Shown here piece after piece: positions 16,851 through 39,843 of a stretch of 64,000 nt of DNA (position 1 is the stretch's first letter; each line of letters begins with the position of its first letter). The DNA is from Chrysomallon squamiferum (lineage: Eukaryota; Animalia; Mollusca): NCBI GenBank assembly GCA_012295275.1, contig CM022671.1, forward strand, positions 34,224,001 through 34,288,000, read 5' to 3'. A program made the position numbers and the translations under genes. The notes beneath the pieces were generated by a model, which was not told the DNA's origin, searched no databases, and was given only the letters and a program-made list of their open reading frames with translations.

Positions 16851-16957
16851 CGTCACATCTTCGTTATTTTCATCACCGTCCTACGTCATCTGTTTATTGA
16901 CGTCACATCTTTATAATTTTTTATCACCGTCCTACGTCATCTGTTTAATTACGTCAC
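16851..16957. repeat. ~50-bp tandem duplication containing CRE-like motifs
   Basis: CGTCACATCT...ATCACCGTCCTACGTCATCTGTTT occurs twice; full TGACGTCA at 16898..16905. Confidence 0.8.
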
Positions 16958-17143
16958 TGAAGATATAGCTCGTAAGTAACGATGGTGATCGTATTATGTT
17001 GCATTTACTCCTATCCATGTACGTACATGCATACTTACATATGCATACATACAAGCATACCATATATATATATATATATGCATGCATAGATATAAATACA
17101 CATATATACATATGCATACACAGATACATACATACATACATAT

Positions 17144-17203
<60 letters not shown>

Positions 17204-17228
17204 GTATGACTGTCTACCTGTCTATTTA

Positions 17229-17269
<41 letters not shown>

Positions 17270-17278
17270 GTCTGTCTC

Positions 17279-17311
<33 letters not shown>

Positions 17312-18611
17312 ATATATATTTATTTGTCTGTCTGTCTATATATCAGTCTGTTTATCTATCTAATCTGTCTATCTGTTTAGGCGTCCAGCTATCCGTCCAT
17401 CCATCTATTAGTCTATCTGGCTATATTATGGGTACGTGTGTGGCTTTTTATTTTATATACTTTTGTGTGTTTTGTGTGTATGTGTGTGTGTGTATGCATT
17501 TATATATTCATGTATGTACATAACAAAAGATGTACGTAACAAAGAACAGGTTATTGACCATTTGACCCATCTTTAGCAAGATTGAAGTGGGTTTTAACAA
17601 ATCTCTTCAGTGGACATATATTAATTAAATTCATCGACAGCCGTTCGAAGAGTACATCAGTCTGAGACATGTTTGCAAATGAATACAGTCTCACCTGTTT
17701 TGTTCATTACATTACATTATCGCCTCCTGGTCTCCATGCAATTAGCTGTCCAGTTCGTTAGTTTTCGTAACCTAACGATTTTCAAAATCTCGTCAGCCAG
17801 CTGAAACAGAAATTAATTGTACATAGGAGCAGACAGGTTCATTTGAAGAAGAAAAAAACACACTTTCTAACGTGTTTGGTTTGTTTAATACTTACACGCA
17901 AAATCTATTCCGTTCTCACGTAATAAAACAGAGAAAAAAACGCGTAGAGTTCTTGGAGAAGAATATCGCTGCTATGCTACGATAGACTGGTAGACTCTGA
18001 TAGTTTCTAAAGAAACAGGCCCTCCGCGATTACTGAAATTTTCTGTTTTATCTTCTTTTGTTTTCTCTCTCTCTTTTTCTTTATTATTATTTTGAAATGT
18101 TTTGTTGTTGAATTATTAAAATAAAAAGTTGTATTATTGATAGTTACATCAGCTTTTTGCTGATGAACAAGCAAGTAAAAAGTATATACAAAAAAAAAAA
18201 AAATCCCCGAATCTCCCCCAAAAAGCCATACACAAACCGCTCAAAAAAAAAAAAAAATAACCCACAAAACAAAACAAGAGAAACAAAATTTTAAGAAGAA
18301 AAAAAAAAAAAGAAAGATGCATAATGGAAATTATTTTTAAAGATATATATTATCTCGGTAAAGAAATCATACATACCAACACAGACACAGACACACACAC
18401 GCAGATACAATCACACATATAAACACATATTTAGACACATATAGACACAGATTATAAGTCAAATAAATTATAAAAAAAAAAATGAAAAAGATAATTTCCT
18501 TTATTATTATTATTTTTATTTTTATTTTTTGTTTTTGTTTTTGATGACGGAATGGTCATCACTAGGCATCACTAATTAAGCTAAATCAGCTTCTTCAGAA
18601 ATCTACCAAGA

Positions 18612-18850
18612 TCATTAACATATCATCTCATTTACATATCATCTCATTAACATATCATCTCATTAACATATCATCTCATTTACATATCATCTCATTAACG
18701 TATCATCTCATTAACATATCACCTCATTTACATTTCATCTCATTAACATATCATCTCATTTACATATCATCTCATTTTACATATCATCTCATTAACCTAT
18801 AATCTCATTTACTTATCATCTCATTTACATATCATCTCATTTACATACCA
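18612..18850. repeat. 16-bp minisatellite (CATATCATCTCATT(A/T)A)n, about 14-15 copies
   Basis: Direct reading of the tandem units. Confidence 0.92.
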
Positions 18851-19275
18851 TTCCATTAACATAACATAACTGCAAACGGGAAGTGCAGTCCATGAAATGA
18901 CGTAATTTAATATTTTTTCCATATTTTATTATTACGCAATCAAACACAGGATATTTGTACAACATTTCGTAATTGTCATCAGGTAGATGTCGTCTATAAT
19001 ATCCGATAATATCCTTCGTTGTCATTTCTTGTAAGCATGAACAATGCTGAGATCACGGCGATGAATAGTCTCAGTTTGTGTTGTTGATGAGTACGCGTAA
19101 AAAACGTAGGTCTTGTAAACACAATTTAATTATCTGCTAATCAGGTATGTTTATATTGCAAAACATTGTTAATTGGCAGCACGGTGTTGGTGTTCTGGTC
19201 AAAACAAGGATCGGAGGTTTCACGGTTCAATCCTCTTTGGGTATTTCGCCTACTGTGCAGCTTTGACACTTAAAT

Positions 19276-19439
<164 letters not shown>

Positions 19440-19593
19440 GAAATGAAACTGTTCAATATTTGGTTGAAAAAAAAAAAAAAAAAATTAATAAATTCTAAAG
19501 ATATTGACGAAATTCTTAAATTACAATAATTGGATTTTGAGATTCTTTCTTTTCTTCTTTTCCTTTGTTTTTATAAAACATTGACATATACTT

Positions 19594-19755
19594 GACAACT
19601 AACTAGTTCTCTAAGACTTTAACAAGTTCTCGACAACTAACTAGTTCTCTAACACTTTAACAAGTTCTCGACAACTAACTAGTTCTCTAACACTTTAACA
19701 AGTTCTCGACAATTAACTAGTTCTCTAACACTTTAACAAGTTCTCGACAATTAAC
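19594..19755. repeat. 38-bp minisatellite GACAACTAACTAGTTCTCTAACACTTTAACAAGTTCTC, about 4.3 copies
   Basis: Near-identical tandem units. Confidence 0.92.
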
Positions 19756-20253
19756 CCGCACAGGTCTACACTAAGATGTTAACTAAAATTAGCCACTTAC
19801 ATGATAGTGAAATGGAAACAATGCTTCCTTTGCGTGAATAGAAGACACATTTTAATTGTACGCTGGAGACTGAAAAGGATGATTCGTCGAGAAAAATCTT
19901 TGTTTTTCTTTGTGATGAATTATTTATTTTTAAAGTCTATTTGTAGATAACATGATTAACTAATGGATTTCCTTTTATATCTCTCGTGTGAAAGAAAAGA
20001 AACAGACACGAAATCACAAAGCCTGAGCAAAAACTACCTTCACGACTGAGATTCTGTATGGATTATATTTTGTTGTCAACGAAGTTTTATTAATAATGGA
20101 CATAAGACAAAGTAATTATGTTATCGCATCTTTTCTAGCCTGGAATACGAGTTTAGTTTATGATATTTCCTTTTAAAAGATTTTATTTTGTGAATGGAAA
20201 ATTTCTGAACAGATTTCATTGGCTACCTGATCAAGAATTACTGAAAGAGAGCG

Positions 20254-20285
<32 letters not shown>

Positions 20286-21570
20286 AAAAAGAACAACAAT
20301 CATTCTAGAAACCCCCCCCCAAAAAACAAACAACCAACAAACATATACCGTGACCTTTATTTATCAACCCTTAAGCTTCATAATTAGAATCTTTATTATA
20401 TATGATATTATTGTAAAAGCTAAATTAATTTACTAAAGAAATCTTTCCTTACATAACCACCTTTCATCTTAAGTATGTAATACCAGCCTGATATACAATA
20501 TACATATATTCATATGGAAAGCTTATTTATAAAAAATACTCTTTATTCAGTTTTAAGGAAAACTCAACAGTTAAAAACTAAACAACCTAAAATGGATGAA
20601 ACCCTTTTTTTTAACTATCGATAACAATTCAGTGGTCTTTTATCGTCAGATGTTAGCGACTTTGTAATTAAATAGGTTTGTCGTTCTGAAGTAACGGTTA
20701 ATCATTACCTGCCAGTCACAACATTAAGTTTAACTATGGCAAAAATGGATCTTGGGACTCAGGCAAATGAGCTTCTCACATATTTGTATATATTTGTCTG
20801 TGTGTTTGTCTGTGTTTGTATTTGATACGTATATATATATATATATATACTAATGTGTCTATTCAGGACACCAGATTCATTACTTACAACAATATATATA
20901 TATATATCTTAAATAAAAGTCACAGACGTCAGATTTGTCTAGTATTACACATATCACATAACTGCTTACTTCTCAGAAATGTAGAACATCTAATTATTTT
21001 CTTACCGCAGTTTATACAGACAAAAAAAAAAAAATTCTTGATTTCTTTACATTACCAGTCGGCTTCACCTTGAACTGATTGTAGGAAATCAAATTATCCG
21101 ACTGAAACCCAGACATAATAAACACACTAAACGATTCTTCGTTCACCTATACTGATGGAACAAAGTGACAAGCATGCATTTACACTTGGAAAAAAACAGC
21201 GAATTAAACGCACATTAAAAATAAATGAGAGGCCAAGATGGAGTCGCTTTTGCACACGTACATTCGATGATAAGAAAATAACATTCTGTATCAGACGTAG
21301 GCATCCTTTTTTTTTTTTTTTTTAGAGATGAGGACCGCAGTACAAATGAAACTTTATTTTCATTGCGAAATTACGCGAAACATTCACAAAGCATGACTAA
21401 CCTAAATCTAATCTGTGTACTTTTGAATTATTTATTTATTTACTTGCTTATTTATTATAATAATTATTATTGTTGTTATTGCTATTATCTATTTATTTAT
21501 TTATTTTAATTTTATTTTTTCATTTATTATTATTTTTATTTTATTTTTTTATTTTATTTATTTTTTTTAT

Positions 21571-21636
<66 letters not shown>

Positions 21637-21810
21637 TTTATTTTGAAGTCCAGACGTAGTTAATGACAAAGTGTAACAAACATAAGAACAAAATTTAAAA
21701 ATATCTCGGTTTCGACATATTTTTCCGATCTTGATCAGGGCAGGACGATTTGCTTTACAGTTGTTTTTTTTTCTAGTGTTGTCAGAAAAACGTAACTAAC
21801 AGAATCAGAT

Positions 21811-21864
21811 ACTTCCGCATAAGTGTCATACCGCCATTTACTGTAGCGAGTCAAAATGGCGGCG
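21811..21864. promoter_or_regulatory. Promoter-like motif cluster: ETS core plus two inverted YY1-type motifs
   Basis: ACTTCCG at 21811; CCGCCATTT at 21831..21839; CAAAATGGCGGC at 21852..21863. Confidence 0.4.
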
Positions 21865-22256
21865 TTGAAATGTAAGATTATTTTATTTTAGCTATTAAAA
21901 GTATGCTCGTAAATACACTTTACTGAGATGAAAAAGAAAAAAAAAAAAAAAAGATATCAATTTAATAGTACGACGGTTGCCAAGGAACAACACGTCATGG
22001 AATCAATCTTTAAACGGTTTATTTTGCTTTTGATCACGCAGTTTGCCTTCCCAGCGATGCATCGTAGTCTGTTGAATAATTTTCCTGACTGTTATTGTCA
22101 TTATCGTCATCATCATAATCATTATCGTTATGAAATTTATCATTTTTGTTATTACTATAACCATCATCATCACTTTAATAATATTATTATTATTATTATT
22201 ATCATTATTAAGATTATTATTAGCAATAGTAGTAGTAGTATCATCATAATTATCAC

Positions 22257-22299
<43 letters not shown>

Positions 22300-22716
22300 A
22301 CAACTCTTACAATATAAAAATGGGATTAAATATTCAGACGCGTTATTACGTTTTCAGGAAATAAATGATCTGAATAGGGTTATTACGAAATCGTAGTAGT
22401 ATAAAAATGTCCCCACAAATCCCGCAGGAAAGTGAAACCAGTGAAATACGTTTGTCTGAAGAGTTTAAGAGTTAATTAAAATGTGTGAAACATCAAACAC
22501 GCAGGTCAGACTGATTTGCTGTGTAACTCTGTCTTTAGTTCTTGTGTGATACAGAGAAAGATCACTCAGATCAGTCATATCAAAGAGGCACTGGCATCGC
22601 GAAGAGTCTACTCAGAGTCCAAGAGTATGTGTGTCTGGGCGTCAATATAAACTGACATTCCGATATCTAGCACACTAATGAAAGGACTGTATATAATGAT
22701 CTATTATTTGTCAAAA

Positions 22717-22757
<41 letters not shown>

Positions 22758-23286
22758 AGAAAAAGAAAAAAAAATGATATAATAAAAACCACTAATAAAT
22801 AAATATATTAAAAAAATAATAATAAATAAATAAATAAATTAATACATATATTTAAATGGAAATAAAGAAAAATCAATGAACAAATAACAATGATATAATA
22901 ACTCTCATACGATTTACATCCTAATTTCTCAACAGCAGCAGAGGAAAACGTAGGCTCATTCCCGTCCTGTCTGTGCTTTGTAGTTTGTGATCCTCAGAAT
23001 GTGTTATTAATTATTATTATTATTTTTTAAGTCTTCATGGAGTGTCAACATGTAGGCGGCACATCCTGTTTATCTTGTCTTAGCACTGAAATACTGAAAG
23101 GCAAGAACCAGTCTGTAGCAGTAGATTCCACGGAGGATCTGTGACGTAAAGGATCTGTGACTGATATCGTCAATATTTAAAAATCCACCACAGTTTGTTG
23201 GTATATATAAATAGGGGTTTTAGAATGCCTTTGTTTGTATATCGTGGTTATTAATAGGGGAAGGAGGTTGAAAATTATAATAACAG

Positions 23287-23342
<56 letters not shown>

Positions 23343-23405
23343 ACAAATAGTTTTTAAATATTATAAATAGAATAATAATAATAATAAAAAAAACCCTCAT
23401 CAAAA

Positions 23406-23441
<36 letters not shown>

Positions 23442-24218
23442 AAACAAAAAAACCGCACAGAAACAACAACAAAAATCTTGATTGACAAAAATATTAAGAA
23501 GTATTGTGTTGATTTATATGTGTATAAAATTACATGGAAGATTATTTCTTGTGTAAATTATTTTAAAGTGAGGTAAAAAAAAAAGAAAGAAAAGGAGTCA
23601 GAAAAAAGGAAACATAAATCAACGTAGAGTCGCGCCTAAACTTGAGTGACAAACACATATTTAATAAAACTTATTATAAATTATAACCGTTATATTTTTT
23701 AACATTTTTTCAGCATATTTAACATTTTTTTATTTAATACATACATATTGCTTAAGACAAAATATATTTAAGACAAACCCCCTTTTATAATATTATTTTT
23801 ATACAGAGTTAACAAAGGTTGTTAATATATTCTGCCAAATTAATAAATTGCTTCGCTCCAATTTCATTTAAAATTCAATTCTAAATTTTCAAAATTCATT
23901 TATTATTATTATTATTATTCATCTTTAGTTTTCTATAAATCTAATCTGTCGTTTAAGTAATTAACTATGTTTATCAGTTAGACGTGAATGTCCTAAATTC
24001 GCTGTGTAAATTTTATGAGTCTGCAACATATTTACAGTTTAGGACGTTATTTTCGTGGTAGATTTTATATGTAGCTATTTTCTTCTGTTTAACAGTTACG
24101 TAAGAAGTATTGATTATAAATATCCATGTATATAATTTATTTTAATGATGCATATAAATAATAATGGACTTTTTTTTAACATATAAAATGAACAATAAAT
24201 AAGTAAAGTATATTTTAA

Positions 24219-24250
<32 letters not shown>

Positions 24251-24712
24251 TAGTAATAACAACAACAACATCAACAATAAAAACAATGCATTAGATATAA
24301 AATATAAATATTAAAGTAGACAAATAATATAATATATTATATATAATTTTTAGACCATAAATGTTTTATATGCTATAATGAAAGATGGTTAATTTGAGTT
24401 ATGTCCCTTTTGTTATAGTACAAAAAATTCGTCTGAGTGTAAATACAACTGTCGTAAATTATTTTATTTTTTTTCTATGGTTTTGGAGAATGTTTACAAT
24501 AAAATAATAACACCGAATATTTAATGAAAATAGTAATAAAAAAATAACCCGAAATAATAATTATATTTATAAACTGGTGACGTTCGTTATTTTTCGGGTC
24601 ACCTCGCTATAATCGGAATATCTCGTAATTTTTCATTTGTAATTATAGCTATTCCACATATAATAATAAATAAATAAATAAATACTGGTTATCACTGGCT
24701 ATTAGACAGGTT

Positions 24713-24722
24713 ATGACGTCAT
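24713..24722. promoter_or_regulatory. Palindromic CRE (ATGACGTCAT) in a CpG-retaining patch just upstream of three GTAAGT donors
   Basis: Perfect TGACGTCA at 24714..24721; GTAAGT at 24824, 24839 and 24936. Confidence 0.3.
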
Positions 24723-25129
24723 CATCAATGGACACTAGTTTTGACCGGCGACGGGTATTTGATGAAATATAATAAACATAAATTGAAATATTAGTTCACC
24801 GAATTATTCCTGGGACGGCAACAGTAAGTTTATTTATGGTAAGTATTTTTTATTAAAATAGCAAATAATATAGACACTAATACTTATGGAGGTTGTTCGA
24901 TACAATTTTATCTCTGAACTGATGGTTACCAAGAGGTAAGTTTCTGTGCGTCGTTATATCTGGAATGAAATGAGAGAAATATTGTTTTGACGCACATTTT
25001 AATATTATAATAGTACAAATATAATATTCTCACCCAAAATACAACCAACATGAAAATAGACAGGTAAATATAAACATATTGATAGTTGTGTAAATCGTAA
25101 GTGAACAAAAAAGAACGAGCAATGCCAAA

Positions 25130-25467
25130 CAGTATCTATAAAAAACTAAATAAATAAATAAATAAATAATAATAATAGAAAAATAATAATAAAAATACAT
25201 AAAAATGAAGAGAAAAAAGAGGGAGAAACATTTATATAACAGAAACAAAAAACACAAAAAAATCAAGAAAATCAAACAATAAAAATATAAGTCACTTAAC
25301 AAATTAAATTAAAAAAAAAAAAAAAAAAAAAAAACCAACAAAAAATTGAATATGCCAAAACTAATAGAATATACAAAATAAAATACAAATATGAAAAAAA
25401 AGAAGAATCGATAAACATTAAGAATAACAATAAGGACAGAAGATAGAAGAAAAAGAAGAAACAAAAT

Positions 25468-25516
<49 letters not shown>

Positions 25517-27000
25517 GATACTAGAAATAATATATATATAAATAATAAAAAAATAAAATAAAATGGAGAAGATAAAAGAAAAACAACACTGGACTTGTAA
25601 GTAGATTCAAATAACAACAACAACAAATATAATAAAATAATAATAAAAAAAAAATATTAATAACACTATAAATAAAATTTATGATAAAATACAGATGTAA
25701 AAAAAAAAACAAGAAGACAAAATAAAAAGAATCACGGAATAAGAAAGTAAACGGAAGAATAAAAAAGATAAAGGTTAGAAGAAATAGAAGAAACAAAAAG
25801 AAAGAAGAAAAAGATGATAAAAGAAAATAGAAAAATATGAAGAAAATTAGCAAGAAAATAGAAAATAAGAAGAAACAAGAATAAAAAGGAAAATAGAAGA
25901 AGAAAAAAATTAAAGAGAAGAAAAAAAAAGAAACAAGAAGAAAGAAGAAAAGAAGAAACAAGAAAGGAGAAGAAAAATTTAGAAAAATATGAAAAAATAA
26001 GAAAATAAAAACCAAGAATCAAGAATATGAAAGAAAATAGAAGAATAAAACAAGATAAGATAGAAGAATTAGAAAAAAACAAGAAGAAAAAGAAGATAAA
26101 AGACAGAAGAATTAGAAGAAACAAGAAGAAAGAAGATAAAGAAGATAAAAGATAGAAGAAAAATAAGAAAAAATAAAGAAGAACGAAGATAGAAAAAAAA
26201 GAAAAAGAAGATAAAAGATAGAAGGATGAGAAGAAACAAGATGAAAAGAAGATAAAAGATAAAAGATAGATGAAAAAGAAAAGAAGACAAAAGAAGAAAA
26301 GAAATAAAAGAAGAACAAGAAAAAGAAGATAAAAGATAGAAAAACAAGAAACAAGGATAAAGAAGAAAAAGATGAAAGAAGATTGAAAAATATGAAAAAA
26401 CACAATAAGAAAACAAATGATAATAGAAATAAAACAAATATATAAAAAGTAATAAATAAATGTAAAAGAGAAATGAAGATAAAGAAGACAGAAGAATAAA
26501 AGAAAACAAGAAATAAGAATAAGAAAACAGTAGAAGAAAAAGAAGACACAAAAAAGAATATAATAATAATAATAATAATATAGATGTGTAGAAGTAATAA
26601 TAAATGATAATAGAAATAAAGCAAATATATAACAATAATAAATAAATGTATGTAAAAAGAAAAATGAAGATAGAAAAAGCAGATGAATAAGTAGAAAGAA
26701 AGAAGAAACGCACACACACACACACACAAAAAAAAAAAACCCAGGGCATTCAAATAATAATAAAAAAGAAATAATAATAATAAAAAGTAAACAAATAAGT
26801 AGAATCAAGAACAAAAAAAAAAGGATAGACAATAATAAAGATGAATAAAAACAAGAAGATAGAATAAGAAGAAATGAGGAAAGAAAAATAAGTAGAAATG
26901 CAAAGAAAAAAGAAAAAGAAGCAAGAAAAAAAAAAGAAACTAAATGAAAATAAGAAACAAAAAGGAATAATCTTAACAAAATCAGTAACAAATGATATTA
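25130..27000. repeat. Long A/G-rich low-complexity tract (AAG, AAAG, AAGAT-type degenerate repeats)
   Basis: About 1.9 kb that is overwhelmingly purine on the + strand; it produces the F/L/S-rich minus-strand ORFs of up to 419 aa. Confidence 0.9.
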
Positions 27001-28880
27001 ATTAAAACAAATTTATAAAAAATAATTAAATGTAAAAGAAAAAAAATTGATTATATGTAAACATAATGTTGATTAAAATTATGATAAATTATTAAAGGAG
27101 ATTTTTAGTTTTGGTTTTGTAGGAATGAATGCTTAAGAAGTGGAATTGGTGAAAGATTTACAAATACTGATCTAATTTCTGAAATGGTTGAAATGTGAAA
27201 GAAGACTTGAACAAAGTTAACGTAGAACCAAAGGAATGAAGAATGAACTAAGACAAACAAGTTAAGAAAGACTGAAACAACTGACTGAAACATGAAACAA
27301 GGAAATAATGGAAATAAAATGCAGAACTAAACATCCAGATATTGAAATTAGATTTGCTACATTTACTTCTTCACTGTCAACTAATGGAAAAAAATATGTC
27401 AACTGGACTAATGAAAGTAGTGAAAAAGTTATGTTGAACAGTACAAATGCAAGATCACGAAAATATATTTTGTGTTTTAAATTAAAACTGGACTTTTTTA
27501 AAATAACAATGACAGTGATAATGTAGTGGAGAGTTGACAAAACATATACATTTTTCAATTGATGGAAGTTACTGCACCTGGTTAAAAATTAAATTAAATT
27601 AAAAATAAAAACCAGTTTAATTAATGTATCAGTAAAATTCTTGCAAAAAACTGACCATGTTAATAATTTTCTTTAACTACTGAAATACTGCAAAGATGTT
27701 ATCATTAAATCTGAAAATAAGCTGTAATAAAAAAAAAAGAATTTTTTTTTTTTTGTAATTTCATATTAAAATCTTTGTACAAACAAATAATGTTTTAAGC
27801 ATTTAAACTCATTTTGTATTTTTTTTTTTAATGTAATTTCATATATAGTGATGCCTTATACTTTGAACATTCAGTGTGTGTGCTGTGAAATGGCACATTC
27901 ACTGTGTAAACAACTTCTGTTATGTGCCCAATTCATTTACCTTGCTGTGAAAGCATTTCTTGTGTTACTGATTACTCTGACATTTTTTTGTTTTATATTT
28001 TGGACACACACACATACACACCCTTATATATTATTAATCAGGAAGAGTGTGAAAGGAAATGCAGTTTTTATTTTACTAAACAGTATTTACATATTTAATT
28101 TACTGTTTTTAAGTTTTCTTGTTTTTGTTTATTACTTGGGTTATTTTTATTTTAAATTGTTTATTTGACATTTAAATTTATTGAAATGGGTGTTGTTTAG
28201 GGTCATTCATTAATTTGCTTTCCATTATTTCTAATGGGGAGAGGTGACAGAATCTCCTGAAACAGATTAAATTTGAAATATGAGATATCACAGTTTAATT
28301 ATTCTGCTTGCAGCTGGGTGGGCTAAACTCAATGATATCTCACAGATTTTTTTTTTCTAACCATAAACAGGAGACATTAGACTTAAAAGTAGGTGCTTCT
28401 GTAAATATAAGTCACTCCTATAGAATATATATGCCTCTTATGAGACTGTGCTTGTTATTGTTTTCATAATATTAATTGCAATTATAAAATGTCAAATTCA
28501 CTTGGGAATTACAGTTTAAAAAAAAAAAAAAAAAAAAGTTTAAAATGACAAACTATAGCCTAGCATAGTCCAAATATATATAAAACACACACACACCAGT
28601 CATTCAATATAAACTGAATTGCCATACATTTTGAATTAGACCACAATATCATGAGTCCAAATTCATTTTAAATTTTGCAAATCGGACCAGAGAATATAAT
28701 GTTACCGGCAAAATAGACATTTGACTTTATTATTGTTCGGAGTTCTATGGCTCGATGCTTTACATATGTTACGCTCTTCATGTCATTGTAATTATCGTGT
28801 AAAGAGATAGCTATGCAGTACCTGTCTATTTATTTAATGTTTCCTGTTCATGGCTGTAGATTAATTATTTCATTCTCAAA

Positions 28881-38018
<9,138 letters not shown>

Positions 38019-39757
38019 GACTTCATTCATCAACCTTACAACACAGAAATAAAATGGATTGTAGTGGTTCGGTAACACTATTGACTTGACCGTATACAGA
38101 AAATGATACACTGACGAGAGAAGATATGAAGAATGATAAACTTTGTGGTTTGTGCTTCGAGTGATGAAACTTCAGTCAAAGAAGAAGATATTTCTGTTTG
38201 TAAATAATGTGTATGGTTACGTTTTCAGTGTGTGTTGTCATTTGTTACTGTCTTACTGTGAAAATTATTGAAGTAGGTGGTTAATCATTTTGTACATTTG
38301 ATTAGAATTAATAATTCAGTGCTTACAGTCATGACAGTACATTTACTTGTGTGTGTATTTCTTATTTATAAAAATCATGAAGGACATCTGTTTGAGCATC
38401 ATATGAGATCAACAGTGAATGATGTTCCTGTCTTTAACTGTTATGTCTCTAAGTATTAAGTTGAAATTAGTAATGACAATGTGGATATTTCAAACAGATT
38501 TAAATTAAAAAAAGGATAAAGATGTTGTCATCTGAATGAGTCAGTAATATTGCATATTTAAAAAAAAAAAAAATAAATAAAATAAAAATCTATTTAGAGT
38601 AATTAAAAAATGCTTAGGTGTTTATCTTACAAACATCAAACTTATTACTATAGCACTGTTAATTTATTTTCTATTTGCTTGAGGCTAATCTTACTGAAAA
38701 TTGCGTAAATCTGTTTATGTGTGAAATATCATATTTCAGTTTTTGAATATACGACAAAACTGAAAATGTAAATGCAATGATATTAACTGAAAGAGACTGA
38801 ATATTTAAGTTTTTTGTCAAATCACCCTTGAAATAATACATATCAAAAAAAGAAAAGAAAAATAAAAGATTGAAAGCACAGAGTGCTTAGTTGTAAACTT
38901 TTTAAATAAATATAATTTTATTTTAAAATGTATATGTTTGCAGCCCAAAACATCATTATATCGTATAATTTCAAGAGATTTGATTGTTTTTTGATATTGT
39001 TTTTTCTTATGGAGATCAGACACAACTAAATACAAAATAAAACAAGAAGGTATTAAATAATAGAAACTGTTATTTAGCTATTTGGTGGGTGTCCTTGGTA
39101 TCACATATTAAATAAAAATGTTAAAGAAGATTCTTATGGTATAATAATTATGACAACTTTACAAAACATTCTGCTTCTTAAGCTTGCCCTTCTTGAAACT
39201 CTGGTTTATTTGTGCCACTTGATTACATTTTACTTTAAAACAATATAAAGAATTAAATTAACAACATATTTTCTCATTTGTTATGATCCATTCATTAGTT
39301 TAAGATGATATGCCAAGATGACATGTTATTTTATTATTTCGAGAGTTGTTAATATTTTAACATTAACAATATCAAGTATTAAATTTCTAAAAATTAAAAT
39401 TTATTAAAGAGGTTATAATTGTGGATTCATTACATTTCCTAGCATGTACCTTTTATTTGGTTGTCTTTTTAATGCTTAGAACAAAAACGTTTTTGGAATT
39501 TCATATATTTTAGAGGAAAGTATAAATTTAGGGAATTTTATATATTTTAGTGGAAACATATGAGTTATAATTTATATGATTTTTAACATAAGTAACTGTG
39601 TAACAGTGAACATAATTTATTAATGATGTTATTGTGATGTTAGTCCCAATACATAAATGTACCATTTTGCTTTCTATAGTCAAATACAAATATATTAGAC
39701 AAAATTACATTTTATTATGTATTAATATATAACTGATTAATGTGTAAGTGTATATGT

Positions 39758-39843
<86 letters not shown>

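Noticed and set aside
21960-23170. Several higher-GC patches tested as exons following the MAALK start
   Set aside because: Phase-1 joins hit stop codons, and no frame on either strand resembled a known protein.
25521-26991. Long minus-strand ORFs (164-419 aa) rich in F/L/S/I that look like membrane proteins
   Set aside because: They are translations of a T/C-rich low-complexity strand, open in several overlapping frames, with no domain motifs.
38048-38053. AATAAA 30 nt after the CDK5 stop as the polyadenylation signal
   Set aside because: AATAAA is very frequent in this AT-rich sequence, so the true site cannot be chosen.
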